A stretch of 64,000 nucleotides of DNA from Thecamonas trahens ATCC 50062 (lineage: Eukaryota > Protista > Apusomonadida), in NCBI RefSeq assembly GCF_000142905.1, contig NW_013657618.1, positions 62,001-126,000 on the forward strand. Reading direction: 5' to 3'. How positions within the stretch are numbered: the stretch's first letter is position 1; every line of letters begins with the position of its first letter. Under the pieces are notes generated by a model that was given only the letters and a program-made list of their open reading frames with translations, had not been told where the DNA came from and did no database searches. The translations under genes and the position numbers were made by a program. Below are positions 34,081 to 45,879 of this stretch, piece after piece.

Positions 34081-35535
34081 TCAGTCGTCGCCAAGCACAG
34101 TGACAGCAGTGTCGATGTTGAGCGGCGGGTACATGGCCTTGACCGGCTGGTCGAGGATGTGGTTGCCGGTCCGCTTGGCGAAGACCATGATCTTGTAGAG
34201 CGAGATGATGTCCCACTCGGCCTGCGAGGCATGGGCGGGCAGCATGCGGTTGTACTTGGCCTTCATCTTGTACTTGTCGTACATCTTGGAAAAGTTGGCC
34301 GAGAAGACGAGCTGGAGGTCAAACTCAGCAGCAACGGCCTGCAGCTTGGCGGTGGGAACAACAAACTCGGGGCAGTCGACCAGGTCGCCGAGGGCAAAGT
34401 CGTAACCGAGGCCAAAGTCGAGGTCCTTGTCCGAGGCGGGCAGCGGCGCGTGCATGCGGAGCGAAAAGTGCTCGTTGCTGAGAGTCATTTTGTCGGGCGA
34501 CTTTGCGAGCCGCGACCGAAGCGCAGCCTCGTCGACGGTTGTGGCAACAAAGTGGGCGCCCGGCTTGAGAAAGGCGGCAATGTTCCAAAGCATCATGCGC
34601 GCGTGCGCCTCCGAGCCACATCCGTAGTGCAGCGCAAACTGGCACGAGGCCAGGTCAAAGCCTGCCCCGCCGGTGGCCACAGGTCCGATATGCTTCCAGA
34701 TCGGGACCCGGGTCGCGTCAGCAGCCACAAACCGCGCCACAAACCGGCGCTCCTTCATCCCGTTATACCGCGAGACTGCCTCGTTCACGGCGCCGCGCGC
34801 AATGTCGACGCCGACCCACTCGCGCACACCGAGCTTGGCCCACTTGAACAGGTCGCCACCCTTGCCGCACGCCATGTCCAGGACCCGGAAGCCTGGCTTG
34901 CGACAAAAGTCGCCCAGCAGGTTGGCCTTCATAAAGTTGTTCACCGCCCGCAGCGCAATGAGTGGCGACGACTGGCGAGCCGCTAGCGTCGCTCCAGCCG
35001 CCACCGAGTCGTAGTGCGCCGCCACCCGCGAGCCGGGCGTCCGCCGCGACGTCGAGCCCGGTGGCGGCGGCGACGCCGCCTCGGTCGACCACGTCGAGCT
35101 CCGCGGCCGCTGCGGCGAGTCCCACTCGAGCGCCACAGACGGCGTCACAGAGGTCTCGGGCGAAAACCCGGCCGGGCGCCCGGGCGCTCCGCTCATACCC
35201 ACCATGCTTCCGCCGGCTGCGCTCCCGCCAGGCCCGCGCGGGAGCAGCGACGTCGACGCCGGTCCCGCCATACGCGCCGGCGGCGCTGCAGAATCACCCG
35301 CAGCCCCGCCGACGCTCGCGCTCGTGCTTGCGCTCGCCATTCCGCCATACAGCAGCTTGGCCCGCTTACTCTCGCTCTCGCCCTCTGTACCCGGAGCCAC
35401 AGCTCCGGCATTTCCGCCAGCGCCCGGAGCACCAGTCAAGGCCTCCGAGTCCCGCTTGCGCTTCAGCGAGCCCGGGGCGCTCGCCGTCCCGCACCCGCCC
35501 GGGCCGCTCTCGCCCTCGCCACGGGCCACATCCAT
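34081..35535 (-). CDS. RNMT: mRNA cap guanine-N7 methyltransferase (RNMT/Abd1)
   Basis: VAAHYD, SPLIALRAVNNFMK, VLDMACGKGGDLFKW, GVDIA, FDLASCQFALHY, LKPGAHFVAT, VDCPEFVV; basic NLS-like KRKR/KRAK in the N-terminus; accATG at 35535. Confidence 0.93.
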   Translation of the reverse strand: MDVARGEGESGPGGCGTASAPGSLKRKRDSEALTGAPGAGGNAGAVAPGTEGESESKRAKLLYGGMASASTSASVGGAAGDSAAPPARMAGPASTSLLPRGPGGSAAGGSMVGMSGAPGRPAGFSPETSVTPSVALEWDSPQRPRSSTWSTEAASPPPPGSTSRRTPGSRVAAHYDSVAAGATLAARQSSPLIALRAVNNFMKANLLGDFCRKPGFRVLDMACGKGGDLFKWAKLGVREWVGVDIARGAVNEAVSRYNGMKERRFVARFVAADATRVPIWKHIGPVATGGAGFDLASCQFALHYGCGSEAHARMMLWNIAAFLKPGAHFVATTVDEAALRSRLAKSPDKMTLSNEHFSLRMHAPLPASDKDLDFGLGYDFALGDLVDCPEFVVPTAKLQAVAAEFDLQLVFSANFSKMYDKYKMKAKYNRMLPAHASQAEWDIISLYKIMVFAKRTGNHILDQPVKAMYPPLNIDTAVTVLGDD

Positions 35536-37303
35536 GGTGCCCACGCTCAAAGGACGGCCCACATCAGCCGCTGTCGCCCCACACCCGCAGCCGTCGCCCA
35601 CGCACCGTCCACACCACCCGCAGAAGCACCACCCAAGCCACCCGCACCCGTGCGCCCGTGCGGGAGAACAGCAAGTCGCCATCACAACCGCACCATCCGG
35701 CGCCGCGGCAGGGGGGGGGCAAACCACGCCGAGGAGAGCGCCGAGGAGCGGGGAAAGGGCCCAAAGTACCGGGCAACATCAATGCCACCCCCACAATCGC
35801 ATGTGCACGCGCCGCGGACCAATATTCCCGCCAGCAGAGGACGGCATAGGCCGCGGGTCGCGGCAGGGAGAAGGCGACCAGCCGCCAGTTTCGCGCCGAG
35901 CGTTCCGAGTCGCATTGGAAGGCGGGCAAAAAAAACAGCGACAGGCAGCGGCAGAGGTCACACCAACCACGCATGTTCCAGAGCAAGGAGACAGGGAATA
36001 TGTGAGCCAAGGAGGTGCATGGTGTGTGCTTCTACTCCGTGGCAACGTGTTTGTGAAGTCCGGGGGCGGACAAGGGGAGCTGCAAAGGAAGGGGAGGCGG
36101 AGGGAGGGGGGGGGGGGGAGGAGACCCGCTACGATCACGATCATGATCACAACCCGTCCGCTCCACACACACACTCTCTCTCGCTCTCACTCTCTCTCAC
36201 TCTCGCTCTCTCACCCGTGCGCCGTACCCGAAGAGCCGACGACCTCCATGATGTGGACGCTCTTTTTTCTTCCTTACCACGTCCAGAAACGACGACGGCT
36301 TTCCGGACGAGCAAAGGAGTAACTCGTACCCAACTTCTGTAGCTTCCTTCTCGAGTAAACGAGCAAGGAAGGTGTGAGCGGTCGGATCGAGAGAGTGAGG
36401 TGAAAGGCACTACGATTGGCAAACGTTAACGATAATTGCAAGAGCCAAACGCCAAGCCGACGATTAATTTCGAACAAACGGATCGAATGCTTCGATGCAC
36501 CCAAAACACTCTCTCGCTTGCCGGCCGAGCGGTCGCTCCGCTGGCTATACTGCTTGGGATCGTATCTCCTTGCTTTCACTACACTGGCGTTCAGTGCCAG
36601 CACATTGTGCCGATTGGCACGGTTATCCGTGTGTACATGAGCTGCAGCCGTGTGCTCGCGTACACACGACATCAGCGTGCGATTTGGGCACCCAGAGCGC
36701 GCCCCGTCATCATCGTCGTAGTCGTTGCGCATCGTTACCTCATGGGAGGGAGGGTGGCTTCCCGCTCCTCTGGAGCCGACTGTGTTGACGCCATTGGAGC
36801 TCTCAGCAAAGTAAGGTGCCAGCTACCTTGCTTTGCTCAGGCGGCTACGAGTTACCCGTTCAATACCGCATCGATAGTCTGTGTCGATTGTCCGTGGCCA
36901 CCTACCGCCATTGAAAGAGGGCCATGATTGCTTTGGTCGATTCCTCGCATCGCTCGGCGGCTACGATTGTCCACTATGATAGCTATGAGTGAGCCCCATC
37001 GATTCCTCTGGTACGATTATTATTGGCTAACAACGATTATTAATGGGTACGATGAACAGCATTGCCAACGCGACACGGCCGCACTCACCGCCGACCATCA
37101 ACAAGCTCATTCTCGACATCAAGCGCTCTGCTGCCGCGCACGCTTACATCGTACCATCTCATCATGAGCCACAACCCTCTTCCGATGGGCCAGACCCTCT
37201 CTCCCTCCCATCACCCCCTTCCCCCCCCCCCCCCCCCCTCCTCCCCCCGAGCCCCGCCCAAGGACGGAATAGCTCGTCTGCCACTGCTCTCCCTCCACCG
37301 CCC

Positions 37304-39982
37304 ATGCTCCGACTGTATGGATGGAGAAGCCGGCTCAGCTGGCTGCGGCACTCGGTGCTCGCGCAGCAGTGGGCAGCTGGTCGTCAAAGCGCTGTACATC
37401 ATCAGGTGGTGCTCTCGTTCTCCACAGCAGTTGGCAGACGAGCAGCTGCTACCGACGCAGGCGGTGAGGTCGAGCTCGGAGCGCAGGCTCAGGCCGAGGC
37501 CCATGAGAGCGATGGCGATATTGTTCGCTGTGTCTCCGAGGTGGGCGTGGCCGGCGATCGCGCGGTGTGGCGGAACGATGACTTGGGCCGGCCGGTCGAA
37601 CTGGATGGTCTCCCCACTGATGTCACGGTGGTGCGGACGCCCGACGAGGCGGCCGAGCTGGCGGCGGCGCTCATCGAGCTATCACGGGCTCATCCGGAGC
37701 GGATGTTTGCATGCGATGTCGAGTCGGTGATGTCGGCTGACGAGGCGGTCGACGGTGACGGCGAGGGTAAGGGCGAGGCCGGGCAAGGCGCGACGGGTGT
37801 TCGGAGCGCGCCATCGCTGGCCAAGACCTCGCCGTACCTCGCCGGGCGAGTCATCTGCCTCTCTGTCTACGCAGGGCGCGATTTTGACTTTGGAGCAGGC
37901 TCGCGGCTGTGGATCGACAACCTCGATGAGGCCTCAGGCTGCCTTGAGGCCTTTGCGCCGTTTCTGGAGGCGCCCGAGGTGCCCAAGGTCTGGCACAACT
38001 ACTCGTTTGACAAGGCGCAACTGATGCGGCACGGCATTGCCGTGGACGGGCTCGGTGGTGACACGCTGCACATGGCGCGGCTGTGGAACTCATCGCGCAA
38101 GCTTCGCGGGTACTCGTTGGCAGCGCTGTCGGAGGACTTGCTGGCGGCGCCCAAGGTGAGCATCAAGGACAGCTTTGGCATGCGCAAGATCAAGGCCAAC
38201 GGCGAGCCTGGCAAGCAGATTGTGGTGCCCGAGCTGGACGCCGTGCAGCGATCAGCGCGGCTGGTGAGCAAGTGGATCCACTACTCGACGTACGACACGC
38301 AGGCGACGCACGAGCTCTACCTCGAGCTAGCGTCTCTGCTGGCCGCGACGCCGTGGCGGCCCAACACCATGACGCTGCCGGCCGGCTTTGAGCCGCGATC
38401 GGCCACCATGCTCGACTTCTACAACGCCGTCTGGAGGCCGTTTGGCGCCCTGCTGACCAACATGGAGGCGCGCGGCATCCGGGTCGATGCGAGTCAGCTG
38501 GCGGCGTCCGAGGCCATTGCCATCAACGACCGCGACGCCCACGAGCGTGCCTTCCTCGACTGGGCCGATGCTGTCTCCCCTGGCGCGCGGCGGATGAACA
38601 TTGCGTCGCAGCTGCAGAAGACGCAGCTGCTCTTTGCGCCGTGCGCCAACGCCAAGACCAAGGAGAAGCTCCCGCGCGAGCGCGCGTTCAAGATCCTCAA
38701 CACCGAGGGTATCATTCTGGAAGGCAAGAAGAAGCCGCTCAAGCACCGCGAGCTCGCCATCGCCGGCCTCGGCATGAGCCCGCTCGAGACGACCGACGCC
38801 GGCTGGCCGTCGGTCTCGTCGGCCGTCGTCTCGGCGCTCGCCGGCAAGATTGTCGATCCTACTCTCGACGATGCGAGCGTCAACAGCTACGGCGCGGCGT
38901 ACGAGCAGGTCGAAGCCGCAGCCGGCGCCACCGGCGAGGAGCGACCGTTTGCGGCGTCGGCGACGCCCGGGCACGACGCGTGCGTCGCTCTAGACGCGCT
39001 CGCCAACGTCACGGCCATCGACACGCTGCTCTCCAACTTTATCATCCCGCTCCAGACCATGACTGACGACGCGTCGCGGATCCACTGCTCACTCAATCTC
39101 AACACCGAGACCGGGCGGCTCTCTGCACGCAACCCGAACCTGCAGAACCAGCCTGCGCTCGAGAAGGATCGGTATCGGGTCCGCGACGCGTTTCGGGTCC
39201 CGCCCTCGCGCACGCTCATTGTGGCTGACTACGGGCAGCTCGAGCTGCGGCTCCTGGCGCACATGGCGTCGTGCGAGTCGATGATTGCGGCCTTTGAGCT
39301 CGGTGGCGACTTTCACTCGCGGACGGCGCTCGGCATGTACGGGCACATCCAGGAGGCGCTCGACTCGGGCGAGGTGCTGATGGAGTGGGACTCGTCGGAC
39401 GGGGCGGCGGCGCCCAAGCCGCTGGTCAAGGACGTCTTTGCCTCTGAGCGGCGCAAGGCCAAAGTGCTCAACTTTTCCATCGCCTACGGCAAGACGCCGA
39501 TCGGCCTCGCAAAGGACTTTGACGTCACCGTCGACGAGGCGCAGCAGACGCTCGACCTGTGGTATGCCGACCGACCCGAGGTGCGGGCGTGGCAGGAGGC
39601 GACGATCGAGGAGGCCACCCAGTGCGGGTACACCACGACGCTCATGGGCCGGCGCCGCTACCTGCCGGCGCTGCGGTCGAGCAAGCCGTTTGCGCGCGGC
39701 CACGCGGCGCGCGCCGCCATCAACACACCCATCCAGGGCGGCGCCGCCGACATTGTCACAGCCGCCATGCTCCGCATCGAGGCCTCGCCCAAGCTCACCC
39801 ACCTCGGCTACGAGCTCCTTCTGCAAGTCCATGACGAGGTCATCCTCGAGGGCCCGGCCGAGGCCGCCGACGAGGCGCTCGCCGAGGTTGTGGCCCTCAT
39901 GGAGGATCCGTTCGGCGTCCCGCTCAAGGTTCGGCTTGAGGTCGATGCCAAGCACGCGCAGACGTGGTATGAGGCCAAGTGA
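37304..39982 (+). CDS. POP: Family A DNA polymerase of the POP type (plant/protist organellar), with putative mitochondrial transit peptide
   Basis: MLRLYGWRSRLSWLRHS presequence; 3'-5' exonuclease ACDVE, KVWHNYSFD, DTLHMARLW; RIHCSLNLNTETGRLSARNPNLQNQPALEKDRY; ADYGQLELR; ERRKAKVLNFSIAYG; LQVHDEV; POP-type insertions (GWPSVS..LAGK, GEVLMEWD..PLVKD). Confidence 0.92.
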   Translation: MLRLYGWRSRLSWLRHSVLAQQWAAGRQSAVHHQVVLSFSTAVGRRAAATDAGGEVELGAQAQAEAHESDGDIVRCVSEVGVAGDRAVWRNDDLGRPVELDGLPTDVTVVRTPDEAAELAAALIELSRAHPERMFACDVESVMSADEAVDGDGEGKGEAGQGATGVRSAPSLAKTSPYLAGRVICLSVYAGRDFDFGAGSRLWIDNLDEASGCLEAFAPFLEAPEVPKVWHNYSFDKAQLMRHGIAVDGLGGDTLHMARLWNSSRKLRGYSLAALSEDLLAAPKVSIKDSFGMRKIKANGEPGKQIVVPELDAVQRSARLVSKWIHYSTYDTQATHELYLELASLLAATPWRPNTMTLPAGFEPRSATMLDFYNAVWRPFGALLTNMEARGIRVDASQLAASEAIAINDRDAHERAFLDWADAVSPGARRMNIASQLQKTQLLFAPCANAKTKEKLPRERAFKILNTEGIILEGKKKPLKHRELAIAGLGMSPLETTDAGWPSVSSAVVSALAGKIVDPTLDDASVNSYGAAYEQVEAAAGATGEERPFAASATPGHDACVALDALANVTAIDTLLSNFIIPLQTMTDDASRIHCSLNLNTETGRLSARNPNLQNQPALEKDRYRVRDAFRVPPSRTLIVADYGQLELRLLAHMASCESMIAAFELGGDFHSRTALGMYGHIQEALDSGEVLMEWDSSDGAAAPKPLVKDVFASERRKAKVLNFSIAYGKTPIGLAKDFDVTVDEAQQTLDLWYADRPEVRAWQEATIEEATQCGYTTTLMGRRRYLPALRSSKPFARGHAARAAINTPIQGGAADIVTAAMLRIEASPKLTHLGYELLLQVHDEVILEGPAEAADEALAEVVALMEDPFGVPLKVRLEVDAKHAQTWYEAK

Positions 39983-40032
39983 GGATGGTGCGTGTTTGGA
40001 GGTGTACAGACAGAGTTTGTTAAAGAGATAAC

Positions 40033-42151
40033 TTACCCGCCGCGCTGCATGCGGCGCATCTCCTCCTCGGAGGGAGGTGGGGTAAGCTGGATGATGTCGT
40101 CGACGCGGAGGATGGTGGCGGCGGCCTCGGCGGCAAACTTGATGGCCTTGACCTTGGCCATGGCGGGCTCGACGACGCCGGCGGCCATGTTGTCGCGGAC
40201 GGCACCGGTCTTGAGGTCGAGGCCGGTGTGGGCGAGGGCGGGGTTGCCGCCGGCAGCCTGAGCCTCCGAGTGGGCGGCGCGGAGCTGGGCGACGAGCTCC
40301 ATCGAGTCCTTGGCGGCGTTGATGGCGAGGGTCTTGGGGATGACGAGGAGGGCCTCGGCAAAGCAGGCGATGGCGACCTGCTCGCGCGACGAGATCGAGG
40401 TGGCGTACTTCTCGAGGTAGACCGAGAGGGCGGTCTCGACGGCGCCGCCACCAGGCACAACACGCTTGGACTCGAGGACGCGCTTGATGACGCAGAGGGC
40501 GTCGTGGACTGAGCGGTGCATCTCGTCGAGCATAAACTCGTTGGCGCCGCGGAGGACGATGGATGCGGCCTTGGTGAAGAGCGGGTCGCGGATGACCATC
40601 ATCTCGTTGTCCGACACGCGCTCCATCTCGACAATGCCGGCCTGGCCAAGGTCGTTCGGGTCAAAGGTCTCGGAGCCCTCGAGGTCGCCCATGGAGAGGA
40701 TGACCGAGCCGCCGGTGGCCTTGGCAATGCGCTTGAGGTCGACCTTGGAGCAGCGGCGGACGGCCATGGCGCCAGCCTCCACAAAGTACTTGAGGCAGAG
40801 GTCGTCGATGCCGCCCGTGGTGAGGATGACGTTAGCGCCGGCCGCCAGGATCTTCTGGATACGCTCCTTGGTAATGTCGGCCTCACGCGTCTGCATGGCC
40901 GTCATCTCCTCCGGGTCCGAGATGAGGACCTGGACCTGGAGGCCGAGGCGCACCTTCTGGAGGTTAAAGTCCAGGAGAGCAATCTTGGCGTCGGTCACCC
41001 GCTTGGGCATCGCCTCCGAGCCGAGCCGCACGTTGAGGGCGTAGCCGTTGACCCGGAACGATTCGCGCGACGACTTGCCGTGCGCCTTGAGAATGTTGAC
41101 CGCAGCCACCGGGTACTTGCCGTACTCGTTGCCCACCGCCATCATCGAGTCGATGCACATGCGGGCGAAAAAGTCCGAGTCGTTGCCGATGATCTTGGAC
41201 GACATCGAGGTCTTGGCCGCGTTGAGCAGGCCGTCCTCGCCCATGGCGTCTACGTCAGACTGAAGCACGTCCTCGATGTACTTGACTGCCGCCCGTGTCG
41301 CGAGGCGGAAGCCCGAGATGATGGTCGTGGCATGAATCTTGGACTTGATGAGCTCGTTGGCCCGCTCGAGGAGCTCGGAGGCGAGAATAACCACAGACGT
41401 CGTTCCGTCTCCGACCTCAGCATCCTGCAGACCAGCCAGCTCGACGAGCACACGCCCCGCCGGCTCCTTCACGTCAAGGCACTGAAGAATGGTGGCGCCA
41501 TCGTTGGTGATGGTCACCTCACCAATCTGGTCCACAAGCATCTTGTCGAGCCCAGTCGGGCCAAGCGACGACCGGACCACGTTGGCCACAGCCTTGACCG
41601 CCAGCACTACGCACACACCAAGATCATAGTTAGCAAGATGCCCATCCCCTCTCTCGCTCTAGCTCTCCCTATGCCTCTTCCCTTCCCTCTCCCCCCCCCC
41701 CCCCCCCCCCCCACCGTCCCTCCTCTTCGCCAGCCAGCCTCGGCTCGTCGGTGGATGGGCCGCCGGCGCGCGCCCGCCCGACGGCGACCCGCGGGACGGT
41801 GGGGGGGGCAGGGGGAGCAAGTTTTGGCGGGCAGTCTCCGAGACGGCATGGGAGGAAGCAAGGATTTGAGCAGAGTGGACAAGGAGGTTCGCCTCGAGTG
41901 ACACAGAGAGCATGGGCATGACCTTGTTGCACAAGGTGTACCACGGCCATAATGGTGGAGGGGGTGGCGTGGGGGAGGGAGGAAGGGGCAATTTTTGCGG
42001 GATTCTACGTAGAGGCGCCAAGACTCTCGCCCCTCTCCTCGCCGAACAACAGGCATTCTCACTCTCTAACATATACCATACCGTTCTGGGAACGAACATC
42101 TGCGCCCTTGGTCCGCTTGCCAGCAAGTGCGAGGGTTCCCTGAGACTCCAT
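40033..42151 (-). CDS. CCT1: T-complex protein 1 subunit alpha; exons 42151-42082 and 41606-40033
   Basis: Exon 1 MESQGTLALAGKRTKGADVRSQN then G|GTATGG; branch GCTAAC; GCGTAG|TG CTG in phase. SSLGPTGLDKMLVD, TNDGATIL, GDGTTSV, KIHATTIISGFRLA. Confidence 0.96.
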
Positions 42152-43077
42152 GACTGATTTCTCTGGCGTCGGGTGTGGGACCCGAGCCGGTCTCTCGACC
42201 ACCACTCTCGCCCACCCGTCTTCCCCTCCCTTTTCCCCACCGACCATGAATTGAATGGGAAGTTTCCGATGGTGGGGCGGGGGCGGGGGGGGGGTGGGGG
42301 GGGAGGGGTGGGGTAGGGGTAGGTAGGGAGGGAGGGTAGGGGGGGGTAGGGGGGTAGGGGGGGTAGGGGGGGTAGGGGGGGTAGGGGGGTAGGGGGGTAG
42401 GGGTAGGTACGGGNNNNNNNNNNNNNNNNNNNNNNNNNNNNNNNNNNNNNNNNNNNNNNNNNNNNNNNNNNNNNNNNNNNNNNNNNNNNNNNNNNNNNNN
42501 NNNNNNNNNNNNNATTGGGAGGGAGATGGGGGGGGAGTGGGGGGGGATGGGGGGGGATGGGGGGGGATGGCGATCGTGGTGGTGGTGGTAATGATGAGGG
42601 TGATGGTGGTGATGATGGTGGTGATGAGGGTGGTCAAGGTGATGGTTGAGACGGCCGCTGTTCGTTTCGTACGTGCAAACGATTAATCGTTCGGTCATTC
42701 ATCGCCCGCCTGAAGGATGCCCGAGTTGCCGCCGCGGTGACGGACGCCTGGGAGCATGCGCGAGGCGCGCGAGGTGCCGTACGGCGCCGATCCGGAGGAG
42801 CGGCGGGCGCGGACGGTGCCGAGCTTGTCGTTTGACGACCCCGACGACCGGGGAAGGAGAGTATGACAGAGATGAATACAGCGGCCGGACGGGAGAGCGG
42901 CGTTCATCTCTGCATCGCCGACTGTTTTCTGTTGTGGCCCACCAGTGACCACAGCAGCGATCAACACATTGTACTGCTCTTTAACCGCGATTGATGGACG
43001 TTGCGACGTCTGTGGCGCGTCGCGGAGCGCAGCTTGCGATGGACAAAATTGTCCATTCCGTGCCGTAAAGGGCTAAA

Positions 43078-43151
43078 CGTTCGTTCGTTCGTTCGTTCGT
43101 TCGTTCGTTCGTTCGTTCGTTCGTTCGTTCGTTCGTTCGTTCGTTCGTTCG
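43078..43151. repeat. (CGTT)n tetranucleotide microsatellite, ~18 copies
   Basis: Perfect visible tandem repeat. Confidence 0.95.
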
Positions 43152-43494
43152 GTCGTTCGCTCGGTCAGTCGGCCGTTGGACCGCTGCCGCCAACCCCTGC
43201 AGCCGCTTCAGTAGCGCAGTGCAACACCTCACAGGCACCTTACCTTTGCAAGAAGCATCGAGTTGCACATCCCCGGCAAAGTAGCAAGAGTACCTGCGTG
43301 TGTACCCCCCCCCCCCCCCTCCTCCCCCTTCACCCCCCCCCCCCTCTATCTCCTTCCCCACCCAGTCGGAAGTAGAGTGACACGGCAGTCGAGTCCGAGC
43401 AAAGCCAAGCCCAAGCCCATAGCCAAGACCAGAGCCAAGGTCAAGGCAGAGAGTCAAGCCAGTGAAGTGAGTCGGAAAAGAAAAAAACTACGCA

Positions 43495-44805
43495 ATGGGC
43501 AAGAAGAAGGACAAGTCGAACAAGGGCGAGATGGTGGTCGTCGATGTGTACTGTGCTCGGAATCTGATGGCCACAGAAGGGAGAGGCAAGACCGATGGTT
43601 ATGTGACGGTCAAGTACGGCAAGAAGTCGGAACAGTCGCAGGTCATCAAGGCTACCATTCATCCTGATTGGAACGCTCGCTTTCGGTTTGAGGCAAAGTC
43701 AAAGGTCAAGAGTCTGACCATGAACGTCATGGACAAGGACGCCTTTTCCAAGGACAACTTTCTCGGCATGCTGGTTGTCGACGATCTCGACGACGACAAG
43801 TACCGCGATCCGAGCCGGGACCGCAAGTGGAACTCGCTGGTGAACAAGAAGGGCAAGAAGGACAAGCCGCGCGGAAAGGTCCAGTACACTATCCGCATTC
43901 TGTCGGCCGACCACAAGGACGCGGTCGGCCCGTCGTACGCCATGCTCAACGTCACCAAGAAGAGCAAGTCCAAGGACAAGAGCAAGGGCAAGGGCAAGAG
44001 CAAGGGTAAGAAGGGCAAGCGCAAGCACAAGGCCGGCAGCGACGACGACGAGTCATCCGAGACCCCGGTCGTTCGGCCGGAGGATCGGTTTTTCGACGGC
44101 GCGTCCGAGTCGGAGACCGACGAGGAGGAGGCCGTTCTCCACGCGCTCGAGCAAGCCGATCTCTCGCCAGACGAGGAGCAGGTTCTGATGGTCAAGGCTG
44201 CCGAGAAGCGGGTGGCCAAGCTGCTGCGCAAGGCCGAAGCCCGCGAGCGCGACGGCGACGGGGCGCAGGTGGGAACCAGCGAGCTCCCACCGCCGCCGGG
44301 CTACGCCGCGGCGGCGCTCGGGATGCCTGCCCACGCCGGCCGTGGCGGCGCACACGCTGGCCCGCCGCTGCCAGACCCGCTCCGGCCGTATGCGGCAATG
44401 CAGGCGCGAATGCGGCAGGACCTGGTCGACTTTGCAGCGCACCGGACGTCGGCGGCCCGGCTCGCCCGCCGCGGCGAGCGCGACCGCTACGGCCTCCCAC
44501 TCATTGTCGGCTCGTTTGGCTCGATCCACGACGTGCGCAACCCACACGGCGTGGCCGGCCCGAACACATCCGCCACCCGCTTCCGCGGCCCACCGCTCGA
44601 CCGCGACGGCTACCTCGTCGACGTCCCGGACGTCCTCGCCAAGTACGGGGCGTACGACGCGGGCTGGGCCGGCGCCGCAAGCCCGCACCGCCACACCCGC
44701 AGCTACCGGATGGCCCACCGCAGCCGCTACCTGCGGATCAACCCGGACGACCCGGCCGCCGGCGATCCGGCCGCCGGCAAGTACGTGTACCGGATTGTCG
44801 AGTAG
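43495..44805 (+). CDS. C2-domain protein with Lys-rich linker
   Basis: VVDVYCARNLMA..TDGYVTVKYG..SQVIKATIHPDWNARFRF..VMDKDAFSKDNFLG is a canonical C2 pattern. Confidence 0.85.
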   Translation: MGKKKDKSNKGEMVVVDVYCARNLMATEGRGKTDGYVTVKYGKKSEQSQVIKATIHPDWNARFRFEAKSKVKSLTMNVMDKDAFSKDNFLGMLVVDDLDDDKYRDPSRDRKWNSLVNKKGKKDKPRGKVQYTIRILSADHKDAVGPSYAMLNVTKKSKSKDKSKGKGKSKGKKGKRKHKAGSDDDESSETPVVRPEDRFFDGASESETDEEEAVLHALEQADLSPDEEQVLMVKAAEKRVAKLLRKAEARERDGDGAQVGTSELPPPPGYAAAALGMPAHAGRGGAHAGPPLPDPLRPYAAMQARMRQDLVDFAAHRTSAARLARRGERDRYGLPLIVGSFGSIHDVRNPHGVAGPNTSATRFRGPPLDRDGYLVDVPDVLAKYGAYDAGWAGAASPHRHTRSYRMAHRSRYLRINPDDPAAGDPAAGKYVYRIVE

Positions 44806-44877
44806 AGGCAAGAGTAGTTCAATTCAACAAACACAAAGTAGCCCGGGCGTGGCGCGTGCAGAGTGTGTGGTCGCCGG

Positions 44878-45879
44878 TCACGAGTCAGCGTATCCGAGGC
44901 TCGCTAGCACGGCCTCGAGGACCCTCACCGGTTGGTTGGCGACGTCGTCGAGGGCCGACGGCGCGACCGAGGTCGAGGCCACGACAATGTGGGCCAGCGA
45001 CTTGGAGGCGTACTCGGCCTTGACGGCAGCAATCTCGGTCTTAGCCTGTTCCATGGCAGCGGCGACGCGGTCGTCAGCCGTCGCCGAGCCGTCGGCGTGG
45101 CGGCGGGCGTGCAGAAGCTGGGTAGCGACTGCGCGGAGCTTCTCGGTCAGCTCGGCCGAGCGGGCCACAGCAGCATCACGCTGCGAGGCCAGATCGACCA
45201 GCGCTCTCGCCGCCCGCTTGTGGTTCTCGGTTAGAGTGGCAATCGTCGCCTTGGCCGCCGACTGCTCGGCCCGAACGCCTGCCAGAAGCTGCTTCAACTG
45301 CGCTGTCGTCCGTGACATGCGGGCCTCTGCAGCGAGCGCCCGATTCTGCCACGCCTCCAGCTCCTCGTGACTCGGCCCCGACGAGTCGCTTGCTGATTCG
45401 CCAGGAGTCGGAGTCTCCGCTCTCGTCGGCGTCTCTGGCCGAGCCATCATCGCCTGCGGAGCCGTACCACCAGAAGCACCTCCCGCTCCACCGCCTTTGC
45501 CACTCTCCGGCCCAACCATCTTTGGCGGAGCCGGCGAGAGCGGCCGACCAGGCGAGTGACCTGTCGAGTGAGCAGGTCCCGAAGCGGTACCCGTGCCAGC
45601 AGCTGCTGTGGTACGCCCAGCACCAGCGCTTAGCCCAGCGCTTTCCCCAGCGCTTGCCTCTGTCCCAGCTTGTGTCCCTGTACCTGCATGCGTGTCACTC
45701 TCCTTGGCTATAGCCCCGCCCGCCACGGACGAGCCCTGCTGCTTCGGAGTTGACTTTCCTCTCCCTCCCCTTCCTCCACCACTCCCCGTCGCTGTCGTCG
45801 CCACGGCCCCAGGCAGCGCATGCGGACGGAGTGCTCGTTCAAGATGGGCAAACATGCCCTCGAGGTCGCTGAACGACAT
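44878..45879 (-). CDS. Hypothetical protein with C-terminal coiled coil (start uncertain)
   Basis: MSFSDLEGMFAHLERAL, low-complexity middle, heptads ELEAWQNRALAAEARM...; a short upstream exon near 45983 is possible. Confidence 0.6.
   Translation of the reverse strand: MSFSDLEGMFAHLERALRPHALPGAVATTATGSGGGRGGRGKSTPKQQGSSVAGGAIAKESDTHAGTGTQAGTEASAGESAGLSAGAGRTTAAAGTGTASGPAHSTGHSPGRPLSPAPPKMVGPESGKGGGAGGASGGTAPQAMMARPETPTRAETPTPGESASDSSGPSHEELEAWQNRALAAEARMSRTTAQLKQLLAGVRAEQSAAKATIATLTENHKRAARALVDLASQRDAAVARSAELTEKLRAVATQLLHARRHADGSATADDRVAAAMEQAKTEIAAVKAEYASKSLAHIVVASTSVAPSALDDVANQPVRVLEAVLASLGYADS

Noticed and set aside
37043-37303. Longer POP N-terminus from the ATG at 37043
   Set aside because: It runs through a poly-C tract; the ATG at 37304 gives a typical mitochondrial presequence. 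Not excluded without TSS data.
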